Positions 9,869-20,426 of a stretch of 64,000 nucleotides of DNA are shown one piece after another (position 1 is the first letter of the stretch; each line of letters starts with the position of its first letter). A program made the position numbers and the translations under genes. The notes below the pieces were generated by a model. The model ran no database searches. It was not told the DNA's origin and worked only from the letters and a program-made list of their open reading frames with translations. Source of the DNA: an uncultured Acidobacteriota bacterium (GTDB lineage Bacteria; Acidobacteriota; Vicinamibacteria; Fen-336); NCBI GenBank assembly GCA_963720545.1, contig OY970399.1, positions 2,944,001-3,008,000 of the forward strand, read 5' to 3'.

Positions 9869-10608
9869 ACGAGACGGTGTCGCTGTTCACCGCGTTCATG
9901 GCCGGGCTGCTGTCGTTCGTCTCGCCGTGCGTGCTGCCGATCGTGCCCGGCTACCTGTCGTTCATCAGCGGCGTCAACATGTCCGAGCTGAAGGACGAAG
10001 CCGGGCAGGCGACGCCTGGCCTCGCGCGCCGCGTCGGCCTCACCGCGCTCTTCTTCGTGCTCGGGTTCTCGACGGTGTTCGTGTCGCTGGGCGCTGCCGC
10101 CAGCTACGTCGGCTTCTACCTGCAGCAGTACAAGCGCAGCCTCGGCATTGTCGGCGGCATCATCATCATCCTGCTGGGCCTGCACACCGCCGGCATCCTG
10201 CGGATCAAGTGGCTGCTCTACGAGAAGCGCGCCGACGTGAAGACCAAGCCGCTCGGCTTCCTCGGCGCCTACGTCGTCGGGCTGGCCTTCGCCTTCGGCT
10301 GGACGCCGTGTATCGGCCCGATCCTGGCGGCGATCCTGCTCTACGCCTCGCAGCAGGAAACGGTGAGCCAGGGCGTGGTGCTGCTGAGCGCCTATTCGGC
10401 CGGCCTCGGCATCCCGTTCCTCGCCGCGGCGTTTGCGATCAATGCCTTCTTCGCCGCCTTCGCCGGCCTCAAGAAGCAGATGGGCGCCATCGAGAAAGTC
10501 GCCGGCGCCCTGCTCGTCGCCGTCGGAGCGCTGCTCGTCACCGGCCAGTTGAGCGTCCTCGCGCAGTGGTTCAGCCGGCTGTTCCCCTCGCTCGCGAAAA
10601 TCGGCTGA
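9865..10608 (+). CDS. ccdA: Cytochrome c biogenesis / thiol-disulfide transporter CcdA
   Basis: SFVSPCVLP and GWTPCIGP motifs; ATGA overlap with the upstream gene. Confidence 0.9.
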   Translation: MNETVSLFTAFMAGLLSFVSPCVLPIVPGYLSFISGVNMSELKDEAGQATPGLARRVGLTALFFVLGFSTVFVSLGAAASYVGFYLQQYKRSLGIVGGIIIILLGLHTAGILRIKWLLYEKRADVKTKPLGFLGAYVVGLAFAFGWTPCIGPILAAILLYASQQETVSQGVVLLSAYSAGLGIPFLAAAFAINAFFAAFAGLKKQMGAIEKVAGALLVAVGALLVTGQLSVLAQWFSRLFPSLAKIG

Positions 10609-10617
10609 CCCCCTGTC

Positions 10618-10665
10618 ATCGACGGATTGGCTCTCCGTCCCCGTCCAATCCGTCGATTTCCTTTC
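10618..10665 (+). terminator. Hairpin (13-bp perfect inverted repeat), probable terminator after ccdA
   Basis: ATCGACGGATTGG (10618-10630) pairs with CCAATCCGTCGAT (10645-10657), followed by TTCCTTTC. Confidence 0.55.
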
Positions 10666-10672
10666 TCGTCGT

Positions 10673-11011
10673 CCCCAGGCGCTCGCGTCAGCGTCCGTCC
10701 CTTTGTCCTTCCCCCAAGCGCTTGCGTCAGCGTCCGCCACTGCGTCCGGACGCAGTGGCGAGGAGATCCCTCGGTCGCAGCATGAGCGATGGACTCCTCG
10801 GGAACACGCTGTCGCGCCTTGGTCACCAACACACATAGTCCACTGCGTCCGGACGCAGTCGGTTACCAATCGAAACACCCACTCGTGACGTCCGCCCGAG
10901 ACGGGCCTGTTTGGAAGCGATACTCACTCGGTGAGTACGTCGTACTCATGGCATGAGTACTCGTTCAGGAAAGACCCTCGGTCGCGGCGCAAGCGATGGA
11001 CTCCTCGGGAA
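10673..11011. repeat. Cluster of short direct repeats and palindromes (REP/MITE-like)
   Basis: 25-bp repeat at 10673 and 10712; palindrome ACTGCGTCCGGACGCAGT at 10739 and 10842; 37-bp repeat at 10768 and 10975; two small hairpins at 10921-10960. Confidence 0.75.
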
Positions 11012-11023
11012 TACGGTCGGGGG

Positions 11024-12643
11024 CTATTCGCCGTCGAAGCGGCGGACCGACTGGTAGAGGCGGTCGCCATCGCCGCTTTCCGAGACGAACGAGAAGCGGC
11101 CGGAGCGGTCGAAGGCTTCGGCGAGGCGGCGCAGGTATGGCTTGCGGCCGACGGGAACGATGACGTAGCGCGGCGCGAAGCGCTCGAGCAGGTAGTTCAT
11201 CGGCCGCGAGGTGTCGACCTCGTAGGGCGGGTCCTCGACCCAATGGTTCAGGATCTGGCGTTCGAGGGCGCCGGTTTCGGGAGGGACGAAGGCACCAGCG
11301 CCGTTCACCACCGGCATGCCGTGGCGCGCGGCCCAGATGAGCGTATCGGCCTCGAACACCGGAATCTCGAGGATGGCACCGGGTTTCATCGTCAGGATCT
11401 CGCGGTAGACCGCGGGCACACCCGGCGCCACCTCGCGCACGCGCACGGCGGGCGCCAGCGTCTCGAGCACTGCAACCGCCACCGCGGCCGGTCCCAGCCA
11501 CGGTCGCCCGGTCTTGTCGAGGCGGCTCAGGCCCTTCGCCGCCACCACCGCGAACAGCATGGTCGCGACCGCCGCGAACGAGTAGGGATGGCGCATGGCG
11601 TCGAGCGGCGGCACCGCGAACAGGGCACGATAGGGAAGCGGCAGCTGCAGGCTCCACAGCTTGAGCGTCGGGCCGAGGGCAATGATTCCGAGCGCCACGA
11701 TCGCCGCGAAGTAGAAGGTGTCTTCCTTGCGTCGTTTGCGCACTGCTGCCACTACCAGGGCTATCGCCAGAAGGCCGGGGAACATGCGCTCGCCGCGCGC
11801 GCCGAGGACAGCGCCGTACACGTACGATTCGCTGCCGAGGTCGTGCAGCGGCCGCCACGACATCTGCGCCGACATGCCGATGGGCCGCCGCAGCCCGTCG
11901 CGCTCCTTGAGGTCGGAAAACACCTTCGCGTAAGGCGTCGTCAGCACCAGCGCGACGAAGATCGCGAGGCCGGTGCGCGCGATCACCGAGCTGTGGCGGA
12001 AGCGGCCAAGATGCGTCGCGAGGAACACCACGCCGAGCATCGCGCAGGCGACTGCGTAGTAGCCGCTCGACTGCGCCGCGAGCGAGAAGCTCGCTCCCAC
12101 CAGCACTGCCTTGCGCCAGGTGGGCGTGCGCACCAGGCCGTGCAGGCCATAGAGGAACAGCGCGATCCAGCCGGTGCTCAGCAGGTTGAGGTGGTAGAGG
12201 TGGTAGAGCTGGTGCGAGGTGAAGGCCGCGAGCACGCCCGCGAGGAGCGCCGGCCACAGCTCGCCGGTCAGCTTGCGTGCCAGCAGGAAGAACGACCACC
12301 CGGAGAAGGTCAGAGCCAGCAGCACCGCGATGTTGTAGAGCGGCACCGGGTCGTCGATGAACAGGCGAAAAGGCAGCATCAGCACGGCGGTGCCGAGCGA
12401 CAGGTCGGAATAGAGCACGGCGCCGGTCGCGGGATAGAAGACGTTGCCGGCGAAGAACTCGGTGGGCGTCAGCACGTGGCTGGTCAGCCAGTGCAGCGTC
12501 CACATGTCGATGAGCGGGTCGGGACCGGCGAACGTGGTGGTGCGCAGGCCCGCCGCCAGCGGCCGCGTCGCAATGAGGGCGAGCAGCAGGAAGAAGAGGA
12601 CGATGCCCGCTTCGAGCGCCAGGCGCCGCTGTCGATCGGTCAA
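11024..12643 (-). CDS. Polytopic membrane protein, GT-C-fold glycosyltransferase-like (YfhO-like)
   Basis: About 11 TM segments; GPDP..WTLHW...F.GNVFYP periplasmic loop; soluble C-terminal domain (VNGAGAFVPP). TTG start inferred from an upstream -10 box; ATG 12667 is an alternative. Confidence 0.7.
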   Translation of the reverse strand: MTDRQRRLALEAGIVLFFLLLALIATRPLAAGLRTTTFAGPDPLIDMWTLHWLTSHVLTPTEFFAGNVFYPATGAVLYSDLSLGTAVLMLPFRLFIDDPVPLYNIAVLLALTFSGWSFFLLARKLTGELWPALLAGVLAAFTSHQLYHLYHLNLLSTGWIALFLYGLHGLVRTPTWRKAVLVGASFSLAAQSSGYYAVACAMLGVVFLATHLGRFRHSSVIARTGLAIFVALVLTTPYAKVFSDLKERDGLRRPIGMSAQMSWRPLHDLGSESYVYGAVLGARGERMFPGLLAIALVVAAVRKRRKEDTFYFAAIVALGIIALGPTLKLWSLQLPLPYRALFAVPPLDAMRHPYSFAAVATMLFAVVAAKGLSRLDKTGRPWLGPAAVAVAVLETLAPAVRVREVAPGVPAVYREILTMKPGAILEIPVFEADTLIWAARHGMPVVNGAGAFVPPETGALERQILNHWVEDPPYEVDTSRPMNYLLERFAPRYVIVPVGRKPYLRRLAEAFDRSGRFSFVSESGDGDRLYQSVRRFDGE

Positions 12644-12651
12644 GACGGGCG

Positions 12652-12659
12652 AGTATAAT
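12652..12659. promoter_or_regulatory. Overlapping divergent -10 elements (AGTATAAT)
   Basis: TATAAT (+, 12654-12659) lies 6 nt before ATG 12666; TATACT (-, 12657-12652) lies 8 nt before TTG 12643. Confidence 0.6.
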
Positions 12660-12665
12660 CGCCTC

Positions 12666-13195
12666 ATGCGCAGGACCCTTGCCATAGCCGCGATCGCCGC
12701 CATGCTGCCGCTCGGCATTGCCTTCAACAACGGCTGCGGCCGCGCGCCGATGGCCGCGAAGGGCAGCTACGGCCCGGCGCCCAGCTTCGACCTGCCCGAC
12801 CTTGCGGGCGGTCGCGTCAAGAACGCCGACCTCAAGGGCAAGGTCGTGGTGATGGATTTCTGGGCCACCTGGTGCGGCCCGTGCATCGAGGAAATTCCCC
12901 ACTACCGCGAGTTCCTCAAGCAGAACGAGTCGAAGGGCGTGGTGGTGGTCGGGGTCGTCTTCGATTCGGGCGAGCCGAAGGAGATCGAAGACTTCGTGAC
13001 GGAGCGCAAGATCACCTATCGCCAGCTGCTCGGCACCGACGCCACGCTCGACGACTTCGGCGCCGGCCTCGGCTTTCCGACGACGTTCGTGATCGACGGC
13101 GACGGCCGCATCCGCACCAAGATCGTCGGCAGCCCCGCCGGCAAGTTCGATTCGCTGCAGAAGACGGTCGACGAAGCGCTGGCCAAGCCAGCGGC

Positions 13196-13199
<4 letters not shown>
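12666..13199 (+). CDS. TlpA/ResA-family thiol-disulfide oxidoreductase
   Basis: APSFDLPDL, FWATWCGPC and GFPTTFVID motifs; N-terminal export signal. Confidence 0.9.
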
Positions 13200-14266
<1,067 letters not shown>

Positions 14267-14267
14267 C

Positions 14268-16031
14268 GTGCGCGCCCGCGGCGGCTTCCTGGCCCTCGTC
14301 GCGCTGCTGGCCGCCCTGGCTGCGGCGCTCTTCTCGCACGACAATCGACTCACCGCCGACGGCATCGACCACTACGTGTACCTGCGCTCTCTGTGGGTCG
14401 ACCACGATCTCGACCTCGGCAACGACTACGAGGCGGTGACCCGCGGGCGCGCCGCAGACCTCGAGAAGACGCCGCTCGGCCGCGTCGCGAACCCGCACCC
14501 GATCGGGCCAGCGATCGTCTGGGCGCCGTTTTACGCGGCGGCGGAACTGGTCACGCGGCTGCGCGGCGGCAGCGCCGGCGGCGCCGACCCAAGCCTCGAC
14601 TCGATGCACCGCGGCGCCATCGCGCTCGCGAGCCTTCTCTACGGCTGGTTGGGCCTGGTGCTGCTCTACCACGCGGCGCGGCGGCTCGCCGGGGACATGC
14701 CGGCGCTCCTCTCGGCGCTCGGCATCGGGCTCGCCACTTTCCTCTATTGGTACCTGGTGCACGACTCGGCGATGGCCCACGCGCCGGCTTTTGCCGCGGC
14801 GGCGCTCGTCGTCTGGCTGTGGTTGCGGCCGGCACCAGCGCCGCGCAGCATCTGGCGCGCCGTTGCCCTCGGCGCCGCCTGCGGACTCGCGGCGCTGCTG
14901 CGCTGGCAGGCAGCCCTCCTGTTCGTGGTGGTGCTTGCCGACGCGATCGAGCGCGCGGCGCGGCGGGAAAGCGCCGCTGCGGTGCTGCGCGACGTTGCCG
15001 CCGCCGGCCTCGCTGCGCTCATCGTGTTCACGCCGCAGCTCGTCGTCTTCAAGCTCCTGTACGGCTCGTGGTTCACGATTCCGCAAGGGACTCGGTTCCT
15101 CGCCGGCAACCCTGCGTGGAGCGGTGTCTTGTTCTCTCCGCACCACGGCCTCTTCTCGTGGTCGCCGTTTCTCTACTGCGGCGCCGCCGGCTTCCTGCTG
15201 TGGCTGCGCCGCGCGCCTGCGCAGGCGCTCACAGCTTTCGTGGTGTTCCTGCTGTGCGCGCGCCTCAACGCCGGGGTTGGCGACTGGTGGGGCGGATCGG
15301 CGTTCGGTGGACGGCGCTTCGACATCGTGCTGCCGTTCTTCGGCATTGCCACGGCCCTGTTCTTCCAGTGGGCCGTCTCGTTCGTGGCGCGCCGCCCCGC
15401 GTGGGCCGTCGCCGCCGCCTGTGCGCTCTTCGCCTCGTGGAACCTGCTGCTGGTGTCGAACTTCCGAACGGGCGTCTGGGACTATTCCGGTCCGGTGACT
15501 TTCGAAGAAATGGGCCGCGGCGTCGCCGGCACCGTCGATCGCACGATCGGGTCGCCGTTCTCGCTGCCGGGCGCTCTCTGGGAGCGGCTGCGCCGCGGCC
15601 GGGCACTCGCCGACTACGAGTCGGCGTTCACCGAGCGGCCGTTCTCGCGCTGGTCGGCGCGCTTCGGCATAGACGACCGGATCTTCCTCGAGGATGGCTG
15701 GAGCGCGGCGCTGCTTGAAGGCGGCGTTTCGTTTCGCTCGCTTCTGGCCGCGGAAGGCGGCTTCGTCGTCCCGCTGCACCGACCGGCGGCCTACCGGCTC
15801 GGCGTGCGCGCCCGCGGGCCTGGTGGCGACGGCGGTGGGCTCAGCGTGCGCGTATTCGTGAACCAGCGGCCGGCCGGTGTGTGGGCGCTCGCGCCGGAAT
15901 GGACCGACTTCGAGACCGCGGTGCCCGCGGAGCTGCTGCGGCCGGGGCGCAACTTCTTCCGCCTGCGCATCCTGTCCGGCGGCACCGGCGGCGTCGATGT
16001 CGCAGGCGCCTGGCTCGCGCCGCTATCATGA
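14268..16031 (+). CDS. Polytopic membrane protein, GT-C (PMT-like) glycosyltransferase candidate
   Basis: DG..HYVYLRSL..D.DLD loop; many TMs; LFSPHHGLFSWSP and WWGG.AFGGRRF; beta-rich C-terminal domain. Confidence 0.7.
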   Translation: MRARGGFLALVALLAALAAALFSHDNRLTADGIDHYVYLRSLWVDHDLDLGNDYEAVTRGRAADLEKTPLGRVANPHPIGPAIVWAPFYAAAELVTRLRGGSAGGADPSLDSMHRGAIALASLLYGWLGLVLLYHAARRLAGDMPALLSALGIGLATFLYWYLVHDSAMAHAPAFAAAALVVWLWLRPAPAPRSIWRAVALGAACGLAALLRWQAALLFVVVLADAIERAARRESAAAVLRDVAAAGLAALIVFTPQLVVFKLLYGSWFTIPQGTRFLAGNPAWSGVLFSPHHGLFSWSPFLYCGAAGFLLWLRRAPAQALTAFVVFLLCARLNAGVGDWWGGSAFGGRRFDIVLPFFGIATALFFQWAVSFVARRPAWAVAAACALFASWNLLLVSNFRTGVWDYSGPVTFEEMGRGVAGTVDRTIGSPFSLPGALWERLRRGRALADYESAFTERPFSRWSARFGIDDRIFLEDGWSAALLEGGVSFRSLLAAEGGFVVPLHRPAAYRLGVRARGPGGDGGGLSVRVFVNQRPAGVWALAPEWTDFETAVPAELLRPGRNFFRLRILSGGTGGVDVAGAWLAPLS

Positions 16032-18217
16032 AGATCGTGCGCGCCTGCGTCCCGCTGCTCGTGGCCGCAACCTGCGCGAGTGCGCCTGCGTGCCGCCGCT
16101 CGCCGCCGCCGGTCGCGACCTACCAGGGTGCGCCGGTCGTCCTCATCAGCATCGACACGCTGCGCGCCGATCGCGTCGGAGTGTATGGCTACAAGGGCGC
16201 GCGCACACCCAACATCGACGCGCTCGCCGCCGACGCGGTGCGCTTCGCCGACGTCTACAGTGCCGTCCCTCTCACCCTGCCCGCGCACGCGACGCTCTTC
16301 ACCGGCAAGCTGCCGCCGCGCCACGGCGTGCGCGACAACCTCGGCTTCACGCTCGACCCGTCCCAGAAGACGCTCGCCAGCACCCTCAAGGCCGCCGGCT
16401 ACGCCACCGGCGGCGCCGTTTCGGCTTACGTGCTGCGCCACCAGACGGGGATCTCCCAGGGTTTCGACTTCTACGACGATGCGCTCGTCATCGAAGGCTC
16501 GGGCGAAGTTGCCGGCGACGTGCAGCGCGACGGCGCCGTCGCCGTGGACGCACTGGCCGGGTGGGTGGAAGCGCAGGGGGCCGGGAAGCCGCTGTTCGCG
16601 TTCCTGCACCTCTACGAGCCGCACGCCCCCTACGCTCCGCCCGCGCGCTTCGGCGGCGCGGCCACGCCTTATGACGGCGATGTCTCCTATGCCGACGAAC
16701 TCGTCGGCCGCTTTCTCGAGCGGCTGCGGAAGGCGGGAGTGTTCGAGCGCGCGCTGGTGGTGCTCACCGCCGATCACGGCGAGGGCCTGAATGATCACGG
16801 CGAAGCCGAGCACGGCATCTTCCTCTACCGCGAGTCGCTGCACGTGCCGCTGCTCGTGCGCCTGCCCGGCGGCGCCGCCCGCGGCACGCTCGTGACGGGC
16901 ACCGCGTCACAGGCCGACATCGCGGCAACCATCCTCGACCTCGCCGGCGCCGGAAGCGCGGCGCATGGCGATGACGGCCTCGACGGCCGCACGTTGCGCG
17001 CGGCGATTGCGCGCGGACGGACCGACGGAGCGCCGGCCTATTCCGAGACGCTCTACCCGCGCCGCCAGTTCGGCTGGAGCGAGCTGTACGCTGTGAGCGA
17101 AGAAAAACTGCGCTATATCCGCGCGCCGAAGCCGGAGATCTACGACCTCGGCGCCGATCCGGGCGAGCGGCAGAACCTCATCGCCGCACGCGCCGCCGCC
17201 GTCGGTCCGCTGAATGCGTTCGTAGACAAGGTGCTCGCGGCGGGGAAGCCCGCAGAGCCCGAAGACGTGCCGGCGGAGGTGCGCGAGAAGCTGGCGGCGC
17301 TCGGCTACGTCGGCCTGTCGTTCACGCCGCAGCCCGAGGGCACGGCGCTGGCCGACCCGAAGGACAAGATCGCGGGCTACCAGGAATACCTCAAGGCCCT
17401 GCGCCTGCGCCAGCAGGGCAACACCGGGGAAGCGATCGCCGGGCTGCGGCGCGTGGTCGCGGAGAACCCGCGCATGATCGAGGCGTGGACGATCCTCGGC
17501 ACGACGCTCGCCGCGGACGGCCGCAGCGGCGAAGGCATCGCGGCGCTTTCGCGGGCGGTCGCGCTCGACCCGCAACGCCCCGAGATCCACACGGCGCTCG
17601 CCAAGATCTACGCCCTGCAGGGCAACACGGCCAAAGCGCTGCCGCATGCCGAGATCGCGTCGGCGAAAGATCCGGGAGCCGGTGCCGAGCTGGTGGCACA
17701 GATCCTGATGGACGCCGGCCAGCCGCGCGACGCGGCGGCCTTTGCGAAGCGCAGCATCGCCGCCGATCCGGAGCGCATCATGGGCCATTTCATCCTCGGC
17801 GACATCGCGCGCCGCGCCGGACGCTACGCGGAGGCGCTCGCGGACTATCGCCGCGCCGAGACCGCGAAGGCGCGCCGCCGGCAGGCGATCGTACGCAACC
17901 TCTACTACAACATGGGCGATTGCCTGGCGCGGCTCGGACAAAACGCCGAGGCCGAGGCGATGTTCAGGCGCGAGCTGCAGCAGTTGCCGTCCGCGCGCGA
18001 TCCGCGGCTGGCTCTGGCCCTTCTTTACCGCTCTGAGGGCCGCGATGCCGACGTGCGGACGGTGCTTGCCGAGCTGATTGCCGCCGAACAGCCGCCGACC
18101 GCCGACACGTACGCCACGGTGCTGCGCACGCTCGCGATGCTTGGCGACCGCGAAGGCGCCGCGATGTTCGCGCAGCGCGCGCGGCAGGCGTTTCCCCAGG
18201 ACGGGCGATTCCGGTGA
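16028..18217 (+). CDS. Sulfatase-like (alkaline phosphatase superfamily) hydrolase/transferase with C-terminal TPRs, paralogue 1
   Basis: SIDTLRAD, PLTLPAH, HLYEPH, ADHGE, ALGY...DPKD, TPR repeats; export signal. Confidence 0.85.
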   Translation: MKIVRACVPLLVAATCASAPACRRSPPPVATYQGAPVVLISIDTLRADRVGVYGYKGARTPNIDALAADAVRFADVYSAVPLTLPAHATLFTGKLPPRHGVRDNLGFTLDPSQKTLASTLKAAGYATGGAVSAYVLRHQTGISQGFDFYDDALVIEGSGEVAGDVQRDGAVAVDALAGWVEAQGAGKPLFAFLHLYEPHAPYAPPARFGGAATPYDGDVSYADELVGRFLERLRKAGVFERALVVLTADHGEGLNDHGEAEHGIFLYRESLHVPLLVRLPGGAARGTLVTGTASQADIAATILDLAGAGSAAHGDDGLDGRTLRAAIARGRTDGAPAYSETLYPRRQFGWSELYAVSEEKLRYIRAPKPEIYDLGADPGERQNLIAARAAAVGPLNAFVDKVLAAGKPAEPEDVPAEVREKLAALGYVGLSFTPQPEGTALADPKDKIAGYQEYLKALRLRQQGNTGEAIAGLRRVVAENPRMIEAWTILGTTLAADGRSGEGIAALSRAVALDPQRPEIHTALAKIYALQGNTAKALPHAEIASAKDPGAGAELVAQILMDAGQPRDAAAFAKRSIAADPERIMGHFILGDIARRAGRYAEALADYRRAETAKARRRQAIVRNLYYNMGDCLARLGQNAEAEAMFRRELQQLPSARDPRLALALLYRSEGRDADVRTVLAELIAAEQPPTADTYATVLRTLAMLGDREGAAMFAQRARQAFPQDGRFR

Positions 18218-20409
18218 TTGCCGCCGCGCTGCTGCTGGCCGCCGCTGCCGGGGCGGCGCCCCCCAACGTCCTGCTGGTCACGATAGACACGCTGCGCGCC
18301 GATCGCGTCGGCTGCTACGGCTACGCCGCGGCCGAAACGCCGGTGCTGGACGAGTTGGCGAAGGGCGGCGTGCTGCTCGAGGACGCGACCGTGCAGGTGC
18401 CGCAGACGCGGCCGTCGCACGCCTCGCTCCTCACTGGCCGCTGGCCGTTCGAACACGGCATCCGCGACAACTATTCGCCGCCGCTCGCCAGGACGGTGCC
18501 CACGCTCGCCACGCAGTTGAAGGCCGCCGGCTACCGCACCGCCGCCTTCGTCGCATCGTTCGTGCTGTCGCGAGCGTCGGGGCTCGGCCGCGGCTTCGAC
18601 AGATACGGCGATCCCTTTTCCGGCGCGCGCCGGGGATCGGCTCTCTACGAGCGGCCCGAGCGGCGCGGCAGCGAGGTGGTCGACGATGCGCTCGCGTGGC
18701 TGGGCAAGCCGGGGGCGGCGCCTTTCTTCGCCTGGGTGCACCTCTACGACCCGCACGCGCCCTACAATGCGCCGGCGCCGTTCGGCGCGCGGTTCGCGAA
18801 GGCGCCTTATGACGGCGAGGTGGCGTACGCCGACCAGCAGGTGGGCCGGCTCATCGCATGGCTCGACGCGAAGAAGCTGCGCGGCAAGACTCTCGTCGTC
18901 GTCACCTCCGACCACGGCGAGGGGCTCGGCGATCATGGCGAGGACGAGCACATGCTGCTCGTCTACGACAGCACGCTGCGCGTGCCGCTCATCGCCTCGT
19001 GGCCCGGCACCCTGGGCGCCGGCCGGCGCATCGCCGGACAGTTTCGCAGCGTCGACCTGCTGCCCACCGTGCTCGAGCTTGCCGGGGCCGCGCCGCTCCG
19101 CACCAGCGGCACGTCGCGCGCCGCCAACCTGCGCGGCGGCACCCGCATCCCCGACAACGAGTCGTACGCGGAGAGCCTCTACGGCAGCATCCATTTCGGG
19201 TATGCGCCGCTGCGCGCGCTGCGGTCCGAGAGCTGGAAATACATCGAGGCGCCGCGCCCGGAGCTTTACAACGTGCGCGACGATCCGGCGGAACAGAAGG
19301 ACATGACCGCGGTGCGCGGTCAGGTGGCCTCGCGGCTCGAGGAGCGCCTGCGCACGTATGACAGCGCGCGCACCGCCACGGCCGCGGCCGCGAAGATCGC
19401 GCCGGACGCCGGCACGCTGGAAAGGCTGGCGGCACTTGGCTACGTCGGCGGCTCGGCGCCGCGCGGCGGGCGTCCCACCGGCGCCGACCCCAAAGACAAG
19501 ATCGGCGAGGTGCAGGGATACATTCGCGACTTCGACGCGGCCCGCAGGCTCACGAACGCCGGCAAGTGGGACGAAGCGGCGCCGATCCTCGAGCGGCTCG
19601 GGCGCGGCGAGATCATGGGCTACGAGGTGGAGATGCTGCGCGGCCGGGCGTTCCTCCGCGGCCAGCGCTTCACCGAGGCGGCAGCTTCGCTGGAGCAGGC
19701 GATTACGCTCGTGCCGCGCGGCGCCGAAGCCTATGTATTGCTGGCGAGCGCCTATGCCGGTGCGGGCCGCTCGCAAGACGCGGTCGGCGCGCTCGAGCGC
19801 GGCGCCGTCGTCGACCCGAAGAACGTGCGCCTGCGCCTCGCGCTCTCGGCCCTCTACCGCGACCAGGGTGAAGTGCCGAAGGCGGTCGCCGAGCTGCGCA
19901 CCGCGGTAGCCGCGGACCCGAAGTCGGCGGACGCCTGGAACGCGCTTGGCAGCCTGCTCGCGCAAGGCGGAGCCGGCAGGGAAGCGGTGGCCGCGTTTCG
20001 CTCCGGTCTCGCCGCGAAAGCCGACGATCCCGACATGCTCTTCGGACTCGCCGCGCTTTTGGGCGGCGCCGAAGCCGCGCAGCTTCTCGAACGGCTGGTC
20101 GCCACCACGCCCGACTATCCCGGCGCCGCGCAAGCGCTCGCCGCAGTGCGCCGCGCCCAGGCGCCGCTTGGCCCGGGCGAGGCGCGGCTGCGGCTTTGGC
20201 GCGCCAATGACAGTGCCACGCTCGAGGCCGTGCGCGCGACACTCGTCTCGGGGAAGGCGCCGGACGATCCCGGCCGCGTGCTCGGCACTGTTCGCACAGA
20301 CGATCTCGAGGAGCCGCTGCGCACCGCAGCCGCGGCACTTCGCCCGGGTATGACCAGCGCGGTGCTGACGACCGCCACCGGGTTCGCACTCCTCTTCAGG
20401 GAGCGCTGA
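18214..20409 (+). CDS. Sulfatase-like hydrolase/transferase with TPRs and a C-terminal parvulin-like remnant, paralogue 2
   Basis: TIDTLRAD, PQTRPSH, HLYDPH, SDHGE, TPRs; GTGA overlap with paralogue 1. Confidence 0.85.
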   Translation: MIAAALLLAAAAGAAPPNVLLVTIDTLRADRVGCYGYAAAETPVLDELAKGGVLLEDATVQVPQTRPSHASLLTGRWPFEHGIRDNYSPPLARTVPTLATQLKAAGYRTAAFVASFVLSRASGLGRGFDRYGDPFSGARRGSALYERPERRGSEVVDDALAWLGKPGAAPFFAWVHLYDPHAPYNAPAPFGARFAKAPYDGEVAYADQQVGRLIAWLDAKKLRGKTLVVVTSDHGEGLGDHGEDEHMLLVYDSTLRVPLIASWPGTLGAGRRIAGQFRSVDLLPTVLELAGAAPLRTSGTSRAANLRGGTRIPDNESYAESLYGSIHFGYAPLRALRSESWKYIEAPRPELYNVRDDPAEQKDMTAVRGQVASRLEERLRTYDSARTATAAAAKIAPDAGTLERLAALGYVGGSAPRGGRPTGADPKDKIGEVQGYIRDFDAARRLTNAGKWDEAAPILERLGRGEIMGYEVEMLRGRAFLRGQRFTEAAASLEQAITLVPRGAEAYVLLASAYAGAGRSQDAVGALERGAVVDPKNVRLRLALSALYRDQGEVPKAVAELRTAVAADPKSADAWNALGSLLAQGGAGREAVAAFRSGLAAKADDPDMLFGLAALLGGAEAAQLLERLVATTPDYPGAAQALAAVRRAQAPLGPGEARLRLWRANDSATLEAVRATLVSGKAPDDPGRVLGTVRTDDLEEPLRTAAAALRPGMTSAVLTTATGFALLFRER

Positions 20410-20426
20410 TTCAGTAGACTCCGCGG

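Noticed and set aside
10673..11011. Possible CRISPR array
   Set aside because: Each repeat occurs only twice, the repeats differ from each other, spacing is irregular and no cas genes are present
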